Assembly: GCA_964016885.1 (NCBI GenBank)
Contig: OZ024741.1
Location: 253,952,001-254,016,000 of the forward strand
DNA length: 64,000 nucleotides
Origin: Eledone cirrhosa
Lineage: Eukaryota
Direction of reading: 5' to 3'
The notes beneath the pieces were generated by a model that saw nothing but the letters and a program-made list of their open reading frames with translations, was not told where the DNA came from and made no database searches. The position numbers were made by a program, and so were the translations under genes. Below, piece after piece: positions 11,201 through 24,580 of this stretch (position 1 is the stretch's first letter; every line of letters starts with the position of its first letter).

Positions 11201-12578
11201 TGGTAGTGGGGCTGGTGGAGGTTGTGGTGGTGGTGCTGGTGCTGGTGGTAGTGGGGCTGATGGAGGTTGTGGTGGTGGTGCTGGTGCTGGTGGTAGTGGG
11301 GCTGGTGGAGGTTGTGGTGGTGGTGCTGGTGCTGGTGGTAGTGGGGCTGATGGAGGTTGTGGTGGTGGTGCTGGTGCTGGTGGTAGTGGGGCTGGTGGAG
11401 GTTGTGGTGGTGGTGCTGGTGCTGGTGGTAGTGGGGCTGGTGGAGGTTGTGGTGGTGGTGCTGGTGCTGGTGGTAGTGGGGCTGGTGGAGGTTGTGGTGG
11501 TGGTGGTGCTTGTGGTGCTGGTGGTGGTGGTAGTGGGGCTGGTGGAGGTTGTGGTGGTGGTGCTGGTGCTGGTGGTAGTGGGGCTGGTGGAGGTTGTGGT
11601 GGTGGTGCTGGTGCTGGTGGTAGTGGGGCTGATGGAGGTTGTGGTGGTGGTGCTGGTGCTGGTGGTAGTGGGGCTGGTGGAGGTTGTGGTGGTGGTGCTG
11701 GTGCTGGTGGTAGTGGGGCTGGTGGAGGTTGTGGTGGTGGTGCTGGTGCTGGTGGTAGTGGGGCTGGTGGAGGTTGTGGTGGTGGTGGTGCTTGTGGTGC
11801 TGGTGGTGGTGGTAGTGGGGCTGGTGGAGGTTGTGGTGGTGGTGCTGGTGCTGGTGGTAGTGGGGCTGGTGGAGGTTGTGGTGCTGGTGGTGCTTGTGGT
11901 GCTGGTGGTGGTGTTGGTGGTGCTAGTGCTGGTGGCGGTGGTGGTGGTGCTGGTGGTGGTGGGGATGGAGGTTGTGGTGGTGGTGGTGCTGGTGGTGGTA
12001 GTGGTGGTGGTGCTGGTGTTGGTGGTCGTGGGGCTGGTGGATGTTGTGGTGCTGGTAGTGCTGGTGGTGCTGGTGGTGCTGGTGGTGCTGGTGGTGCTGG
12101 TGGTGCTGGTGGTGCTGGTTGTGGTGCTACTGGTGGTGGAGCTGGTGGTGGTGCTGGTGCTAGTTCTCGTGGTGCTGGTGCTAGTGCTGGTGGTGCTGGT
12201 GGTACTGGTTCTGGTGCTGGTGGCGGTGGCGCTGGTGGTGGTGGTGGTGCTGGTGCTGGTGGTGCTTGTGGTGCTGGTTGTGGTGCTACTGGTGGTGGTG
12301 GTGCTCGTGCTAGTGTTGGTGGTGCTGGTGGTGCTGGTACTGGTGCTGGTGGCGGTGGCGCTGGTGGTGGTGGTGGTGGTGGTGCTGGTGCTGGTGCTGG
12401 TGGCTATGATGGTGGTGGGGATGGTGGTGGTGGGGATGGAGGTTGTGGTGGTGGTGGTGGTGGTGGTGATGATGATGGTGGTCGTGATGCTGGCTGTCGT
12501 GGTGGCGGTGGTCGTCGTAATGGCGGTCATGATTGTGGATGTGGTGGAAGTCGTAACGGTGGTCGTGATGGCGATCAT
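8238..12578 (-). CDS. Possible Thr/Ser/Pro mucin-like repeat ORF (TSTSPTTTSTSTTTT)n; may be only a repeat translation
   Basis: 1446-aa ORF in the track. No signal peptide, globular domain or splice context is recognisable, and the repeat has almost no stop codons on this strand. Confidence 0.2.
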   Translation of the reverse strand: MIAITTTVTTSTTSTIMTAITTTTATTTASITTTIIITTTTTTTTTSIPTTTIPTTIIATSTSTSTTTTTTTSATATSTSTSTTSTTNTSTSTTTTSSTTTSTTSTTSTSTTTTTSATATSTRTSTTSTTSTSTSTTRTSTSTTTSSTTSSTTTSTTSTTSTTSTTSTTSTTSTTSTTTSTSPTTTNTSTTTTTTTSTTTTTTSIPTTTSTTTTATSTSTTNTTTSTTSTTSTTTSTSPTTTSTSTTTTTSTSPTTTTTSTTSTTTTTTSTSPTTTSTSTTTTTSTSPTTTSTSTTTTTSTSPTTTSTSTTTTTSISPTTTSTSTTTTTSTSPTTTSTSTTTTTSTSPTTTTTSTTSTTTTTTSTSPTTTSTSTTTTTSTSPTTTSTSTTTTTSTSPTTTSTSTTTTTSISPTTTSTSTTTTTSTSPTTTSTSTTTTTSISPTTTSTSTTTTTSTSPTTTSTSTTTTTSISPTTTSTSTTTTTSTSPTTTSTSTTTTTSTSPTTTSTSTTTTTSTSPTTTSTSTTTTTSTSPTTTSTSTTTTTSTSPTTTSTTTTTSTSPTTTSTSTTNSTSPTTTSTSTTTTTSTSPTTTSTTTTNSTSPTTTSTSTTTTTSTSPTTTTTSTTTTTSTSPTTTSTSTTTTTSTSPTTTSTSTTTTTSTSPTTTTTSTTTTTSTSPTTTTTSTSTTTSISPTTTSTSTTTTTSTSPTTTSTSTTTTTSTSPTTTTTSTTTTTSTSPTTTSTSTTTTTSTSPTTTSTSTTTTTSTSPTTTTTNTTTTTSTSPTTTSTTTTTSTSPTTTSTSTSTTTSTSPTTTSTSTTTTTSTSPTTTSTSTTTTTSTSPTTTSTTTTNSTSPTTTSTSTTTTTSTSTTSTSTTTTTSTSPTTTSTTTTNSTSPTNTSTSTTTTTSTSTTSTSTTTTTSTSPTTTSTSTTNSTSPTTTSTSTTTTTSTSPTTTSTSTTTTTSTSPTTTSTTTTTSTSPTTTSTSTSTTTSTSPTTTSTSTTTTTSTSPTTTSTSTTTTTSTSPTTTSTSTTTTTSTSPTTTTTSTTTTTSTSPTTTSTSTTTTTSTSPTTTSTSTTTTTSTSPTTTSTSTTTTTSTSPTSTSTSTTTTTSTSPTTTSTSTTTTTSTSPTTTSTTTTTSTSPTTTSTSTTTTTSISPTTTSTSITTTTSISPTTTSTSTTTTTSISPTTTSTSTSTTTSTSPTTTSTSTTTTTSTSPTTTSTSTTTTTSTSPTTTSTSTTTTTSTSPTTTSTSTTTTTSTSPTTTSTSTTTTTSTSPTTTTTSTTTTTSTSPTTTSTSTSTTTTTSTSPTTTSTSTTTTTSTSPTTTSTSTTTTTSTSPTTTSTSTTTTTSFSPTTTSTSTSTTTTTSISPTTTSTSTTTTVPPPTPPARPASAPPPQPPPAPLPPAPAPPPQYHHQHHQLDQHHHHDYNHHHYYYHHHHHHHNIIVL
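8340..11900. repeat. 45-bp minisatellite GTGGGGCTGGTGGAGGTTGTGGTGGTGGTGCTGGTGCTGGTGGTA, degenerating into triplet repeats up to ~12690
   Basis: Highly homogeneous tandem unit. Length variants differ by multiples of 3 nt. Confidence 0.92.
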
Positions 12579-12944
12579 GGTGGTGGGGCTTGGTGGTTTT
12601 CGTGGCTATGGTGATGGTGGTGGTGGTGGTCGTCGTCTTGATTGTGGCTGTGGTGGTTGTAATGGTGGTAGTGGTCTGGTGTTATGGTGGTAGTTGTGGT
12701 GTTTTACTAGCAGTGTATGTTGAGTTCCACATTTCCCGAATGTCCATGTGACGAAAAACTGAATGAATCATCAGCTTCATCCAAATATGTGTTGGCGTGT
12801 GCGTATATATGTGTCTGTGTGGTTGTATGTGTGTGTGTGTGTGTTCGTATGTATGTGTATGCATATGTGTGTGTGTTCATGTGTATGTTTACGTGTGTAT
12901 GCGTGTACACTCATATATGTACATGTATCTTGATCGTGTGGATT

Positions 12945-13137
12945 CACAGTATCGGTAGAGCGTCGGACAACATGCTTTGTGGCTTAGAGTTACAACCCTT
13001 TGCGTTCTGAATTCAAATCCCGCCGAGGTTAGCTTAGTGTGTCGATAAAATAAAGTATCAGTAACGCACTGGAATCGATTTAATCGACCTTCCCATCCCA
13101 CAAATTGCTGGCCTTGTGCCTAAATCAAAAATCATTT
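12945..13137 (+). mobile_element. tRNA-derived SINE, family 1
   Basis: Head CAGTATCGGTAGAGCGTCGGAC, B-box-like TTCAAATCCC, shared body GTCGATAAAATAAAGTA and tail GCTGGCCTTGTGCC. Recurs about 20 times in the window. Confidence 0.8.
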
Positions 13138-13403
13138 TATGTACGCTTTTCATGCGTAGGTTTGACAGATTGTCACATGTTTCGCCTATATGTTCCATTA
13201 GGGGGCCATGATTTCTATGATTGGATGCCCTTCTTATAATCAACCACATTACAGAGTGTACTGGGTGCATTATATCGTGGTATCAGCGCTAGACTGGCTA
13301 TGTATTCGACTGAACTAAAATATTTTTCGATCTTAAGTTGTCTCCGATCGACCATTCACCATTTTACAGATTGTACCGGGTGCATTATATGTCGTACCAG
13401 GGT

Positions 13404-14068
13404 TTGGCAGTATCGGTAGAGCGTCAGACACCATTCTTTGCAGCATAGCTATGGGCCTTTGCGTTCTGAGTTCAAATCTGCCGAGGTTAACTTTGCCTTT
13501 TATCCTTACGAGGTCGATAACATACAGTACTAGTGATGCACTGAGGTAATCGCTGGCCTTGTGCCAAAAGTAGAAATTCTTTGCGGTGGATTGGCAGTAT
13601 TGGTAAAGGGTCAGACGCCATGCTTTGCAGCAAAGAGTTACGGCCCTTTATGGCCTGAGTTCAAATCCCGCCGAGGTTAACTTTGCCTTTCATCCTTACG
13701 GAATCGATAAAATAAAGTACCAGTAATACACTGAAATAATTGCTGGCCTTGTGCGAAAAGTAGAAACAATTATATGTCGTACCAACACTAGAGAGTTTGC
13801 CTTGAATTATGCAAGACTAAAGAGTATTTATCACTCTATATTGTCAGAGCAGTGCAGTGACAGTCGTTAGAACGTCAGACAAAATACTTTGCGGTATTTG
13901 TCCCGCCACTTCACATTCTGAGTTCGAACCCACCGAGGTCCTCTTTGCATTTCATGCTTTTGGGGGTCGATAAAATAAAATACCAGACAAGTACTAGAGG
14001 TCGATATAATCTCTCCATCCCTAGCAATCCAAATTGCCAGTCTTGTGCCTAAATTAGAAACTATTATT
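13404..14068 (+). mobile_element. Three SINE family 1 copies (approx. 13404-13578, 13587-13772, 13860-14068)
   Basis: Each has the TGGCAGTATCGGTAGAG head or a diverged variant, GAGTTCRAAYC B-box, CTTTGCCTTTCATCCTT...GGTCGATAAAAT body and CCTTGTGCC tail. Confidence 0.82.
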
Positions 14069-14218
14069 CTACATCGTCTACATTCATTCAAAGCGACATG
14101 GCCAAATGATACGGAGAGAGAGAGAGAGAGAGAGAGAACAAAGGCGAGGAATCAGAATGAGTGAGTGAAGGGATCGAGAGTATGATGAGACAGACAGAAT
14201 GCTTTGGATGGGAGGACA

Positions 14219-14296
<78 letters not shown>

Positions 14297-15321
14297 ATTA
14301 GAAATTGATTAACATATATATAAACATGAATAATCACAGGAGATAATTTTTACAAGTGTGTAACCACACATAGCTAGGTAGGTAACTAAATAAAGGTTGA
14401 CCAGAACTTCAAAAATAGATACCTTATAATATGATTAATCTTCCCTGTATATATTCCATGTCTTTATGGCATGACACCCATAATTTTGATTTAGATTAAA
14501 TTCATTTAATTTATCTTAATTTTGGATATATATGTATATATATTTATACGTGTGTTTAATGGTAGCTATGGTGCTTCCATAGGTGGTATGCCAGTTGAGC
14601 ACTCTATGTTCTTACATAGCAGAGTGTGATATAATATAAAAAAACGAAAAATCAGTGATGCATCTAGACTCAGTTTATTGCGGTTACAATAAATGTATAT
14701 ACCTAAACATAACACTTTTTTGGACGATACGGATGTATATACCATAACATACACTATTTGGAGATACGGATGTTACAATTCAATCTATACACGTATAGCA
14801 GAACATTGAACTGAACTTACTTGCGTGTGTATAGGGTTGCGGTTGACCCACTTTTTCCAATTTACATCGTCAAATTGTGATTTGACCAATATAACAATTG
14901 TTGTTTTGTAAACTAACTTTCAGTGAATACTATGTTGGTATATTTGTATTTGTATTTTTATTTAACCTCGTGTCGGTGTGTGTGTACTCACTCACACTAA
15001 CTGTGACCGTCTATAGTTCTACAGATTTGATGCTATGTTGGTATATGTATATATATGTTTTTGTCTTTGACCTCGCGTCATGTATGTGTGAGTGTGTGTG
15101 TACCCACTCACATTGACTGTGACCGACTGTAATTCTACAGATTTGATTGATGTCCAGCGTCTTTTACAGCTATTGGGAGACTTGATAGTTTTATGACCCT
15201 AACTGAGGACGATAGCAGTCGCCGTGTTCTGACTGCTTGATCTCCATATGAGGGACTAAACTCTGTGAGTGAACACCGTTAATTTTCTCCCTCATATCAA
15301 GGATTTGAAGACAATTCATTT

Positions 15322-15395
15322 TCACCTGACGAGATCAGTGATAATCGATCATGGCTACACGATCTATCTATCTCTTATTGAAACATGTGTCGTGA
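15322..15395 (+). ncRNA. Type-I hammerhead ribozyme-like motif with long, poorly paired stem II (mirror copy 19262-19335, minus strand)
   Basis: tcac-CTGACGA-(47 nt)-GAAA-c atgt g-TC-gtga. Stem I is tcac/gtga. Confidence 0.55.
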
Positions 15396-15585
15396 TAAAA
15401 ATGGTTGGAAATTTATACCATGACTTCGGATCTTTATTTTGATACAAATACTCCGTTTTACATCATCTAGCTGTTCCCATAAATGGAATTGGAGATATAC
15501 AAAAGCTTGGAGAACTTAATATTGGTAACAAAAATTTTATTGGACCGTTTGACACAACCAATAATACACCTTACTATATAACAAC

Positions 15586-15647
<62 letters not shown>

Positions 15648-15810
15648 CATATATATGTGTAGGTATGTATATTCCCTCTGATAGTTTGTAAAATTTTTAC
15701 ATAGATCTATATGATATACATACCAACACACAGATATATATCCTAGAAACGATCGTAAAATGATGAATTTTTTAATATAAGGAACCGTTTCTTTGTTTTT
15801 ATTCATTGTT

Positions 15811-15848
<38 letters not shown>

Positions 15849-15915
15849 ATATATATTATATATATATATATATATTATATAATATATATATATATATTAT
15901 ATAATATATATATAT

Positions 15916-15977
<62 letters not shown>

Positions 15978-16168
15978 GGTTATGCACGAGTGCATTAATG
16001 TTTTCCAGGACACAGTGTTATGTACCGTGTAGTGGAATGTCAGCTTACAACAGAGTGGTGCTCAACGAAATGCAGAAAAAAGGTGTATAATCCAGTTTAG
16101 CTATATTCCGGGGCGTGTATAAAGAATTAAAAAGAACAGAAAGATGCAGTAAAAGAGATCTATTCGGT

Positions 16169-16283
16169 TCTTACGTACGTTTCAATAGACATCTATTTGC
16201 CTAGATCTCGCTACATCTATAATATTATATATTTAGTAGCGCATTCGATATCCAATGCACAATCGATCCCATATCATCAGAGA
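16169..16283 (-). ncRNA. Hammerhead ribozyme in PLE-A 3' UTR with extended stem II (mirror copy 18397-18511, plus strand)
   Basis: tct-CTGATGA-(90 nt)-GAAA-c gtac g-TA-aga. Palindromic stem III ACGTACGT. Sense to the PLE ORF. Confidence 0.65.
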
Positions 16284-16668
16284 TTATGTTTACCGCACCA
16301 GAATGTTCAGGTTTTTATAGGAATTCATGTGAAGTTGAAGTAGAGAAGAAGAAGGATGTGACAAAGACGAGAGAGATAGGGGTGTTTTTCATAGTTGTTG
16401 AGGTAAAACCGAGGGGTGGATAAAATATGATAATGAAGTCTAGATATGGACTAGTCCGACTATGTGTGTGTGCTAGAGAGATGGTAGACGTTGATAGGTT
16501 TACGATCTATGATAGATGGAGGCAAGGGAGATTATGTCGAGTGACTTGTAAAGTATGTAGGAGGAGATGTTGAATAGGGGAGATGTGGTTAATAGAAGGC
16601 ATAGCAATAATCCATGGGGATAGATAGAGGAGGTAGAAGGAAGATAGAAGAAGGCAGAAGTCGCAGGA

Positions 16669-17110
16669 TCAAATCAAGCCAGGTTTGTATTTAGAGAAGG
16701 TAGCCTTGAGTCTGTGATTGCAGTATAGAGTCCTTTCCGTTCTGTTGTTGAGAAGAGTATATTTGGATTTTAGTATGTAAAATAGCTCCATATTGCATAA
16801 TCGGCAGTAAGGCTGGCCTGCACAATATGCGGAAGCACTAGAAAGTTTTGTCCATTTCAAAGTGTATTGCAGGTTACTTTCGCGCAACTGCCAAATTGTA
16901 TTGGCTAAGGTAGTTACGGAACGGTATTTGATGTTCTTTATCGAACTATGGTGTTGGTACCAACGAGATTTAAAAGTGGTAGAGGTACAGCCGATATAGT
17001 GCCATCTTCGGTTATCCGATTCAACGGTGCATTGATACACCAAATTGGATTCCATGCATTTGTTATTCAGAGGGCAACGATCAGGTAGGTTGCAGTTGCA
17101 CTTATCAGCT
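16669..17110 (-). pseudogene. GIY-YIG endonuclease domain of PLE-A
   Basis: ORF 16669..17055 with VY...YIG, R..QH, E and N motifs, preceded by a Cys-rich linker. Confidence 0.88.
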
Positions 17111-17610
17111 CCTGTCGTATTATTATCTTGTACAGATTGCGTTAGGTTTATATGTGTGTCTGCTGCAGGAGGGTTTACATTCAGTGGTTGAGAGTTTGAG
17201 GAAGTGTTAATGTAGTTTGGGGTGCTTCGTGTGGATGTGCTGACTAATCGTTTGGAGTTAAGTTTTTTAATAATTAGATCGAGATTGGGTGCTGTAGAAT
17301 ATGAAAGCTTAATAGACCTTAGATTTAGTATCTTAGCGTATCGATGTGTAGGAGGAAAATGTGTTTTGATTAAATTGAAGAAAAGTGAGGAAATTTTAGG
17401 AGATGTTGAGGCATTGTATATTGGGTTGTACCAAAGGTAGTTACGATTCCGCTTTCTAGCTTGGTTGGGTTGTGTGCTTCTAATTCGACTATGCCTATGC
17501 GGAAAGTGTATGTTGTGTATCGTACCTATATTATTATTTATGCTAGTGCGTTGTGAGCCCTTATTTCTATATTGGTGTGCTGGATCTATGTACTCTATTT
17601 TGTCTTGGTA

Positions 17611-18206
17611 CCCAGCCGCCTTAAGTGCGTTGTTATAGTAGTAAGCATGCTCACTAAAGACAGAACATCAAAGCTCTGGTCCACAAACTTAATAACACCA
17701 GTGGGATTATCATTAAGGCCGATAAAACATCCAACGTGTACACCCTGGATGTAAACACCTATAATAAGCTCATCCGTACTGAACTACACAAGAAGTACAA
17801 AAAAACAGGTAAATCTACTCTTGAACATATTAACAATGACGCACACAAAATAGTTAAGAACCTGGGTATAGATGACAGGACAGAACCAATAATTCCAGCG
17901 ACCCCATCCTTTAATTTAAAGGACCACAAAGTCAATTTCCATGCAAACCTCCAGATTAGACTAATATGCCCATCGAAATCGGATATAGGTAGAGTAAGTA
18001 AATATATATTAGATAGAGTAATCCCCCAGCTAAAGCGGATAATTGGCATAAAACTCTGGGCAAATACTGAGGAGGCGGTATGTTGGTTTAACAATATCAA
18101 GGATAGGGATGAATCAAAATGTATCTAATTCGACATAAACGACTACTACTCCTCTATATCACCCGATACCCTACATAAAACCCTACTGTTTGCCGAAGAG
18201 AATTCT
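17611..18206 (+). pseudogene. N-terminal PLE reverse transcriptase fragment, inverted relative to PLE-A 3' part
   Basis: LKDHKVNF...IRLICPSKSDIGRVSKYILD...LWANT..AVCWF, then CI*FDINDYYSSIS (RT motif A with a premature stop). Homologous to PLE-B 30050-30400. Confidence 0.85.
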
Positions 18207-18752
18207 GCACACACACATAGTCGGACTAGTCCATATCTAGACTTCATTATCATATTTTATCCTCCCCTCGGTTTTACCTCAACAACTATGAAAAACACCC
18301 CTATCTCTCTCGTCTTTGTCACATCCTCCTTCTTCTCTACTTCAACTTCACATGAATTCCTATAAAAACCTGAACATTCTGGTGCGGTAAACATAATCTC
18401 TGATGATATGGGATCGATTGTGCATTGGATATCGAATGCTCTACTAAATATATAATATTATAGATGTAGCGAGATCTAGGCAAATAGATGTCTATTGAAA
18501 CGTACGTAAGAACCGAATAAATCTCTTTTACTGCATCTTTCTGTTCTTTTTAATTCTTTATACACGCCCCGGAATATAGCTAAACTGGATTATACACCTT
18601 TTTTCTGCATTTCGTTGAGCACCACTCTGTTGTAAGCTGACATTCCACTACACGGTACATAACACTGTGTCCTGGAAAACATTAATGCACTCGTGCATAA
18701 CCAATTATATATATATATATTATATAATATATATATATTATATAATATATAT

Positions 18753-18830
<78 letters not shown>

Positions 18831-18997
18831 TAAAAACAATGAATAAAAACAAAGAAACAGTTCCTTATATTAAAAAATTCATCATTTTACGATCGTTTCT
18901 AGGATATATATCTGTGTGTTGGTATGTATATCATATAGATCTATGTAAAAATTTTACAAACTATCAGAGGGAATATACATACCTACACATATATATG

Positions 18998-19074
<77 letters not shown>

Positions 19075-19964
19075 GTTATATAGTAAGGTGTATTATTGGT
19101 TGTGTCAAACGGTCCAATAAAATTGTTGTTACCAATATTAAGTTCTCCAAGCTTTTGTATATCTCCAATTCCATTTATGGGAACAGCTAGATGATGTAAA
19201 ACGGAGTATTTGTATCAAAATAAAGATCCGAAGTCATGGTATAAATTTCCAACCATTTTTATCACGACACATGTTTCAATAAGAGATAGATAGATCGTGT
19301 AGCCATAATCGATTATCACTGATCTCGTCAGGTGAAAATGAATTGTCTTCAAATCCTTGATATGAGGGACAAAATTAACGGTGTTCACTCACAGAGTTTA
19401 GTCCCTCATATGGAGATCAAGCAGTCAGAACACAGCAACTGCTATCGTCCTCAGTTAGGGTCATAAAACTATCAAATCTCCCAATAGCTGTAAATGACGC
19501 TGGACATCAATCAAATCTGTAGAATCACAGTCGGTCACAGTTAATGTGAGTGGGTACACACACACTCACACATACATGACGTGAGGTCAGAGAAAAAACA
19601 TATATATATACACAAACCAACACAGCATCAAATCTGTAGAACTATAGACGGTCACAGTTAGTGTGAGTGAGTACACACACACCGACACGAGGTTAAATAA
19701 AAATACAAATACAAATATACCAACATAGTATTCACTGAAAGTTAGTTTACAAAACAACAATTGTTATATTGGTCAAATCACAATTTGACGATGTAAATTG
19801 GAAAAAGTGGGTCAACCGCAACCCTATACACACGCAAGTAAGTTCAGTTCAATGTTCTGCTATACGTGTATAGATTGAATTGTAACATCCGTATCTCCAA
19901 ATAGTGTATGTTATGGTATATACATCCGTATCGTCCAAAAAAGTGTTATGTTTAGGTATATACA
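18207..19964. repeat. Right arm of ~1.77-kb inverted repeat
   Basis: Reverse complement of 14694-16473. Confidence 0.92.
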
Positions 19965-20250
19965 CATCCCTGTGAAGAGCAAGTAGTCAGCTCATATCAA
20001 ACTCAGAATGTGCCGTTGTCCCATTGAGAATCTGAGTCCCCAAATCTGTGCGTGCAAGCAACCGCTATGTAGGCCACCAAGGGACACTGTGTAGGGTTGG
20101 GTACTTGGGTTAAAGTGTCAGTATGTGCGATTTCCCGTCATATGGGCCCTATATATGTTTGTGTATGTTAAGTACTTCCGTAGAAAAGGTAAAAGAAAGA
20201 AGACTGTTCTATGTATTGTACAGAGCTATTTAATTATATAATAAAAAACG

Positions 20251-20391
20251 CAATATAATTATTTCATTACCTAAGGTTTCGAGAAACTAGATGATTCTTG
20301 CAGAAACTTCTACCTAGTTCATCACGAGCTAGATGTTTCTGCAAGAATCATCTAGTTTCTCGAAACCTTAGGTAATGAAATAATTATATTG
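20251..20391. repeat. Fold-back palindrome (57-bp arms) overlapping a degenerate hammerhead motif (20318-20379, plus strand)
   Basis: Arms 20251-20307 and 20335-20391. ttcat-C(TG missing)ACGA-gctagatg..catctagt..-GAAA-ccttag-GTA-atgaa. Confidence 0.8.
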
Positions 20392-20408
20392 TGTTGCTTA
20401 TTATGTAA

Positions 20409-22340
<1,932 letters not shown>

Positions 22341-22603
22341 GGTGGAATTTTAAGTGACACATATTGGGCGAGAAACCAAGTTTCAGAAGTATATCTCGCA
22401 GTCTCCATTACAATCGCCATCTTGATGTTCGTTTCGCCTTGTTTGCACGGGTGGGCAGGTCTTCTCTGTCACAACGTATCCCTAATTATAGTGGTATTAT
22501 GTCACCTTCGTAAAGATCAGCCAACATCTTGTGATCAGTCTCTACCACTTCGTCCCATATCGTCTTGGATCGATCTTTTCCATAGATTCTATTCACTTTA
22601 TGT

Positions 22604-22935
22604 GAAGGCGCGTGGTTTTGTGGTTAAGATATTCAGCTCATGATCGTAAGGTCGTGAGTTCGATTCCCGGCGGTGCGTTGTGTCATTGAGCAAGACACTT
22701 TATTTCATGCTGCTCCAGTCCACTCAACTGGCAAACATGGGTTGTACCTGTAATTCGTGTAATTCGAAGAGCCAACCTTGTCAGATTATGTATCAATCTG
22801 TATCTCCCTGAGAACTACTTTAAAGTTACGAGTGTTTTTGGAATGCTCAGTCACGTCCACGTTAATTTCACGAGCAGGCTGTTCTGTTGATCGTATCAAT
22901 TAGAACATTCATCATCGTAACCGACGGAGTGCCAT
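22604..22935 (+). mobile_element. tRNA-derived SINE, family 2
   Basis: tRNA-like head with GAGTTCGATTCC B-box and TTGAGCAAGACACTT body. The head recurs at 49735 and the 3' part recurs inverted at ~60305-60680. Confidence 0.75.
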
Positions 22936-24089
22936 AATTTACTTTATGTTCTCTGCACTTATCCACATTATATTCTCTGTCGCCCCTGCATACTAAGCTT
23001 CCTGAACCTTTTCCAGCCAATACTTATTCTAGTTAGTTTGCTTTGGGAACACAAACACTCACCGCTTATTAGTTGCTATGGAAACCAAAACCTATCAACT
23101 TCTATTGTAATCCTTCCGAGTTTTTGTCAGAATCTATTTTCCACGTCTTCTTAATGATACTGTTCCTGTACATCTGCCACATACGAAGTCAATCTTTTCC
23201 GTTAGCCTGCCGTGGATCCCACTACATCACTTGTACGTTCTATGATTTACACTGTGTAGAATTCCTGCTTGCTCCTTTTCATCATATCGAGCATAGTTAT
23301 GTACCAGACAGTATCAAGGACCTATCTTCTTTCTTATTTACTAAACCTTGAGTCTTTATTGATTTGCATTAACATTTATCGACAGTCAGACTTTGTTTTC
23401 TTGTTATAGGTCTCTAACGAGGTCAACTTTGCCTTTAGCCCATTCCAGGTCGATGATAAAAGTACCAGTCGAGAACTAGGGTCGATTCTTCCTCTATATC
23501 TCTTTCTCATTTCCATTCTATCACTCTCTACTCTTCTCTTTCTATCACTCTCTACTCTTCTCTCGGAGAAATCTATTGTGTTCAGACCTGCAGAAGATTG
23601 GGCTCCACCAAGTTATTAAGAAAATTCCCTAGAAACTCCGTATGTCAACTCTCAGGAGTTACGGGACCATGCCATACCATAGGTCTGTAAGCGATCCTCT
23701 TTCCCATCATATGTGTAAACTAGGCCTTCTCTGAATTTGTGACCAGTCGACGGCACTTTTAGCCTTCATGTCTTCTTTCGCCAAATTGTTTTTTTTAAAT
23801 TATTATTTTCTCTAAACCCGTTACTTTTTACACTGAAATCACTCATCAATAATCTATGTTGGATCGTACATTGTTCACAAGCGAAAGTTTAGCTTCATAA
23901 CCATTTGCATATTCCATTTTCTGGTGAGAATAAAGACTGTCTGGTTTGTGTGTTCACTTGATTGATAGGTGATAGATGATCAAGAGGCTGACACATTTTC
24001 TGAAGTAGTTATTGTAAATGGTTTTATCATTTCACCGTCCTCATTTCTGGCCACATGGCCATATCCTCCATGTACACATGTGTAGCCAT

Positions 24090-24335
24090 CATACATACAC
24101 ACACAAACATACATACATACATACATATATACGTACGTACATACATACATACATACATACATACATACATACATACATACATACATACATACGTACGTAC
24201 GTACATACATACATACATATATTCATACATACATACATACGTACGTACATACATACATGCATACATACATGCATACATACATGCATATATACATGCATAC
24301 ATACATACGTACGTACATACATACATGCATACATG
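24090..24335. repeat. (ACAT)n microsatellite; further tracts at 25065-25280 and 25729-25806
   Basis: Directly visible. Confidence 0.9.
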
Positions 24336-24392
24336 ATGGCTGCCCCCTTGTTATCGAGTATGACCATTGTACGATATACCATTATTAATAAC

Positions 24393-24580
24393 GGTGAATT
24401 GGCAGTATCGGTAGAGGGTTGGATGCCATGCTTTGATGCGTAGAGTTACGGCCCTTGCCATTCTGAGTTCAAATCCCGCCTAGGTTAACTTTTCCTTTCA
24501 TCCTTACGGGGGTCGATAAAATAAAGTACCAGTAATGCACTGGGATAATTGGTGGCCTTGTGCCAAAAGTAGAAACAATT
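24393..24580 (+). mobile_element. SINE family 1
   Basis: Full head-body-tail match to the other copies. Confidence 0.85.

Larger units (their letters stand above)
14694..16473. repeat. Left arm of ~1.77-kb inverted repeat (partner 18207-19964)
   Basis: Reverse-complement match read end to end with scattered substitutions. The same '[13 protein letters not shown]' ORF appears on opposite strands at 15585 and 18839. Confidence 0.92.
15977..17610 (-). mobile_element. Penelope-like element A, 3' part (RT C-terminus, Cys linker, GIY-YIG endonuclease, 3' UTR) ending at (TA)n
   Basis: CNCNLPDRCPLNNKC linker, then NLVYQC...YIGCTSTTFKSRWYQH and CRLC..E...LLNNRTE....CNH. Confidence 0.88.

Noticed and set aside
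8443-12693. 1416-aa poly-Val/Leu ORF on the plus strand
   Set aside because: Antisense reading of the 45-bp repeat with an implausible composition.
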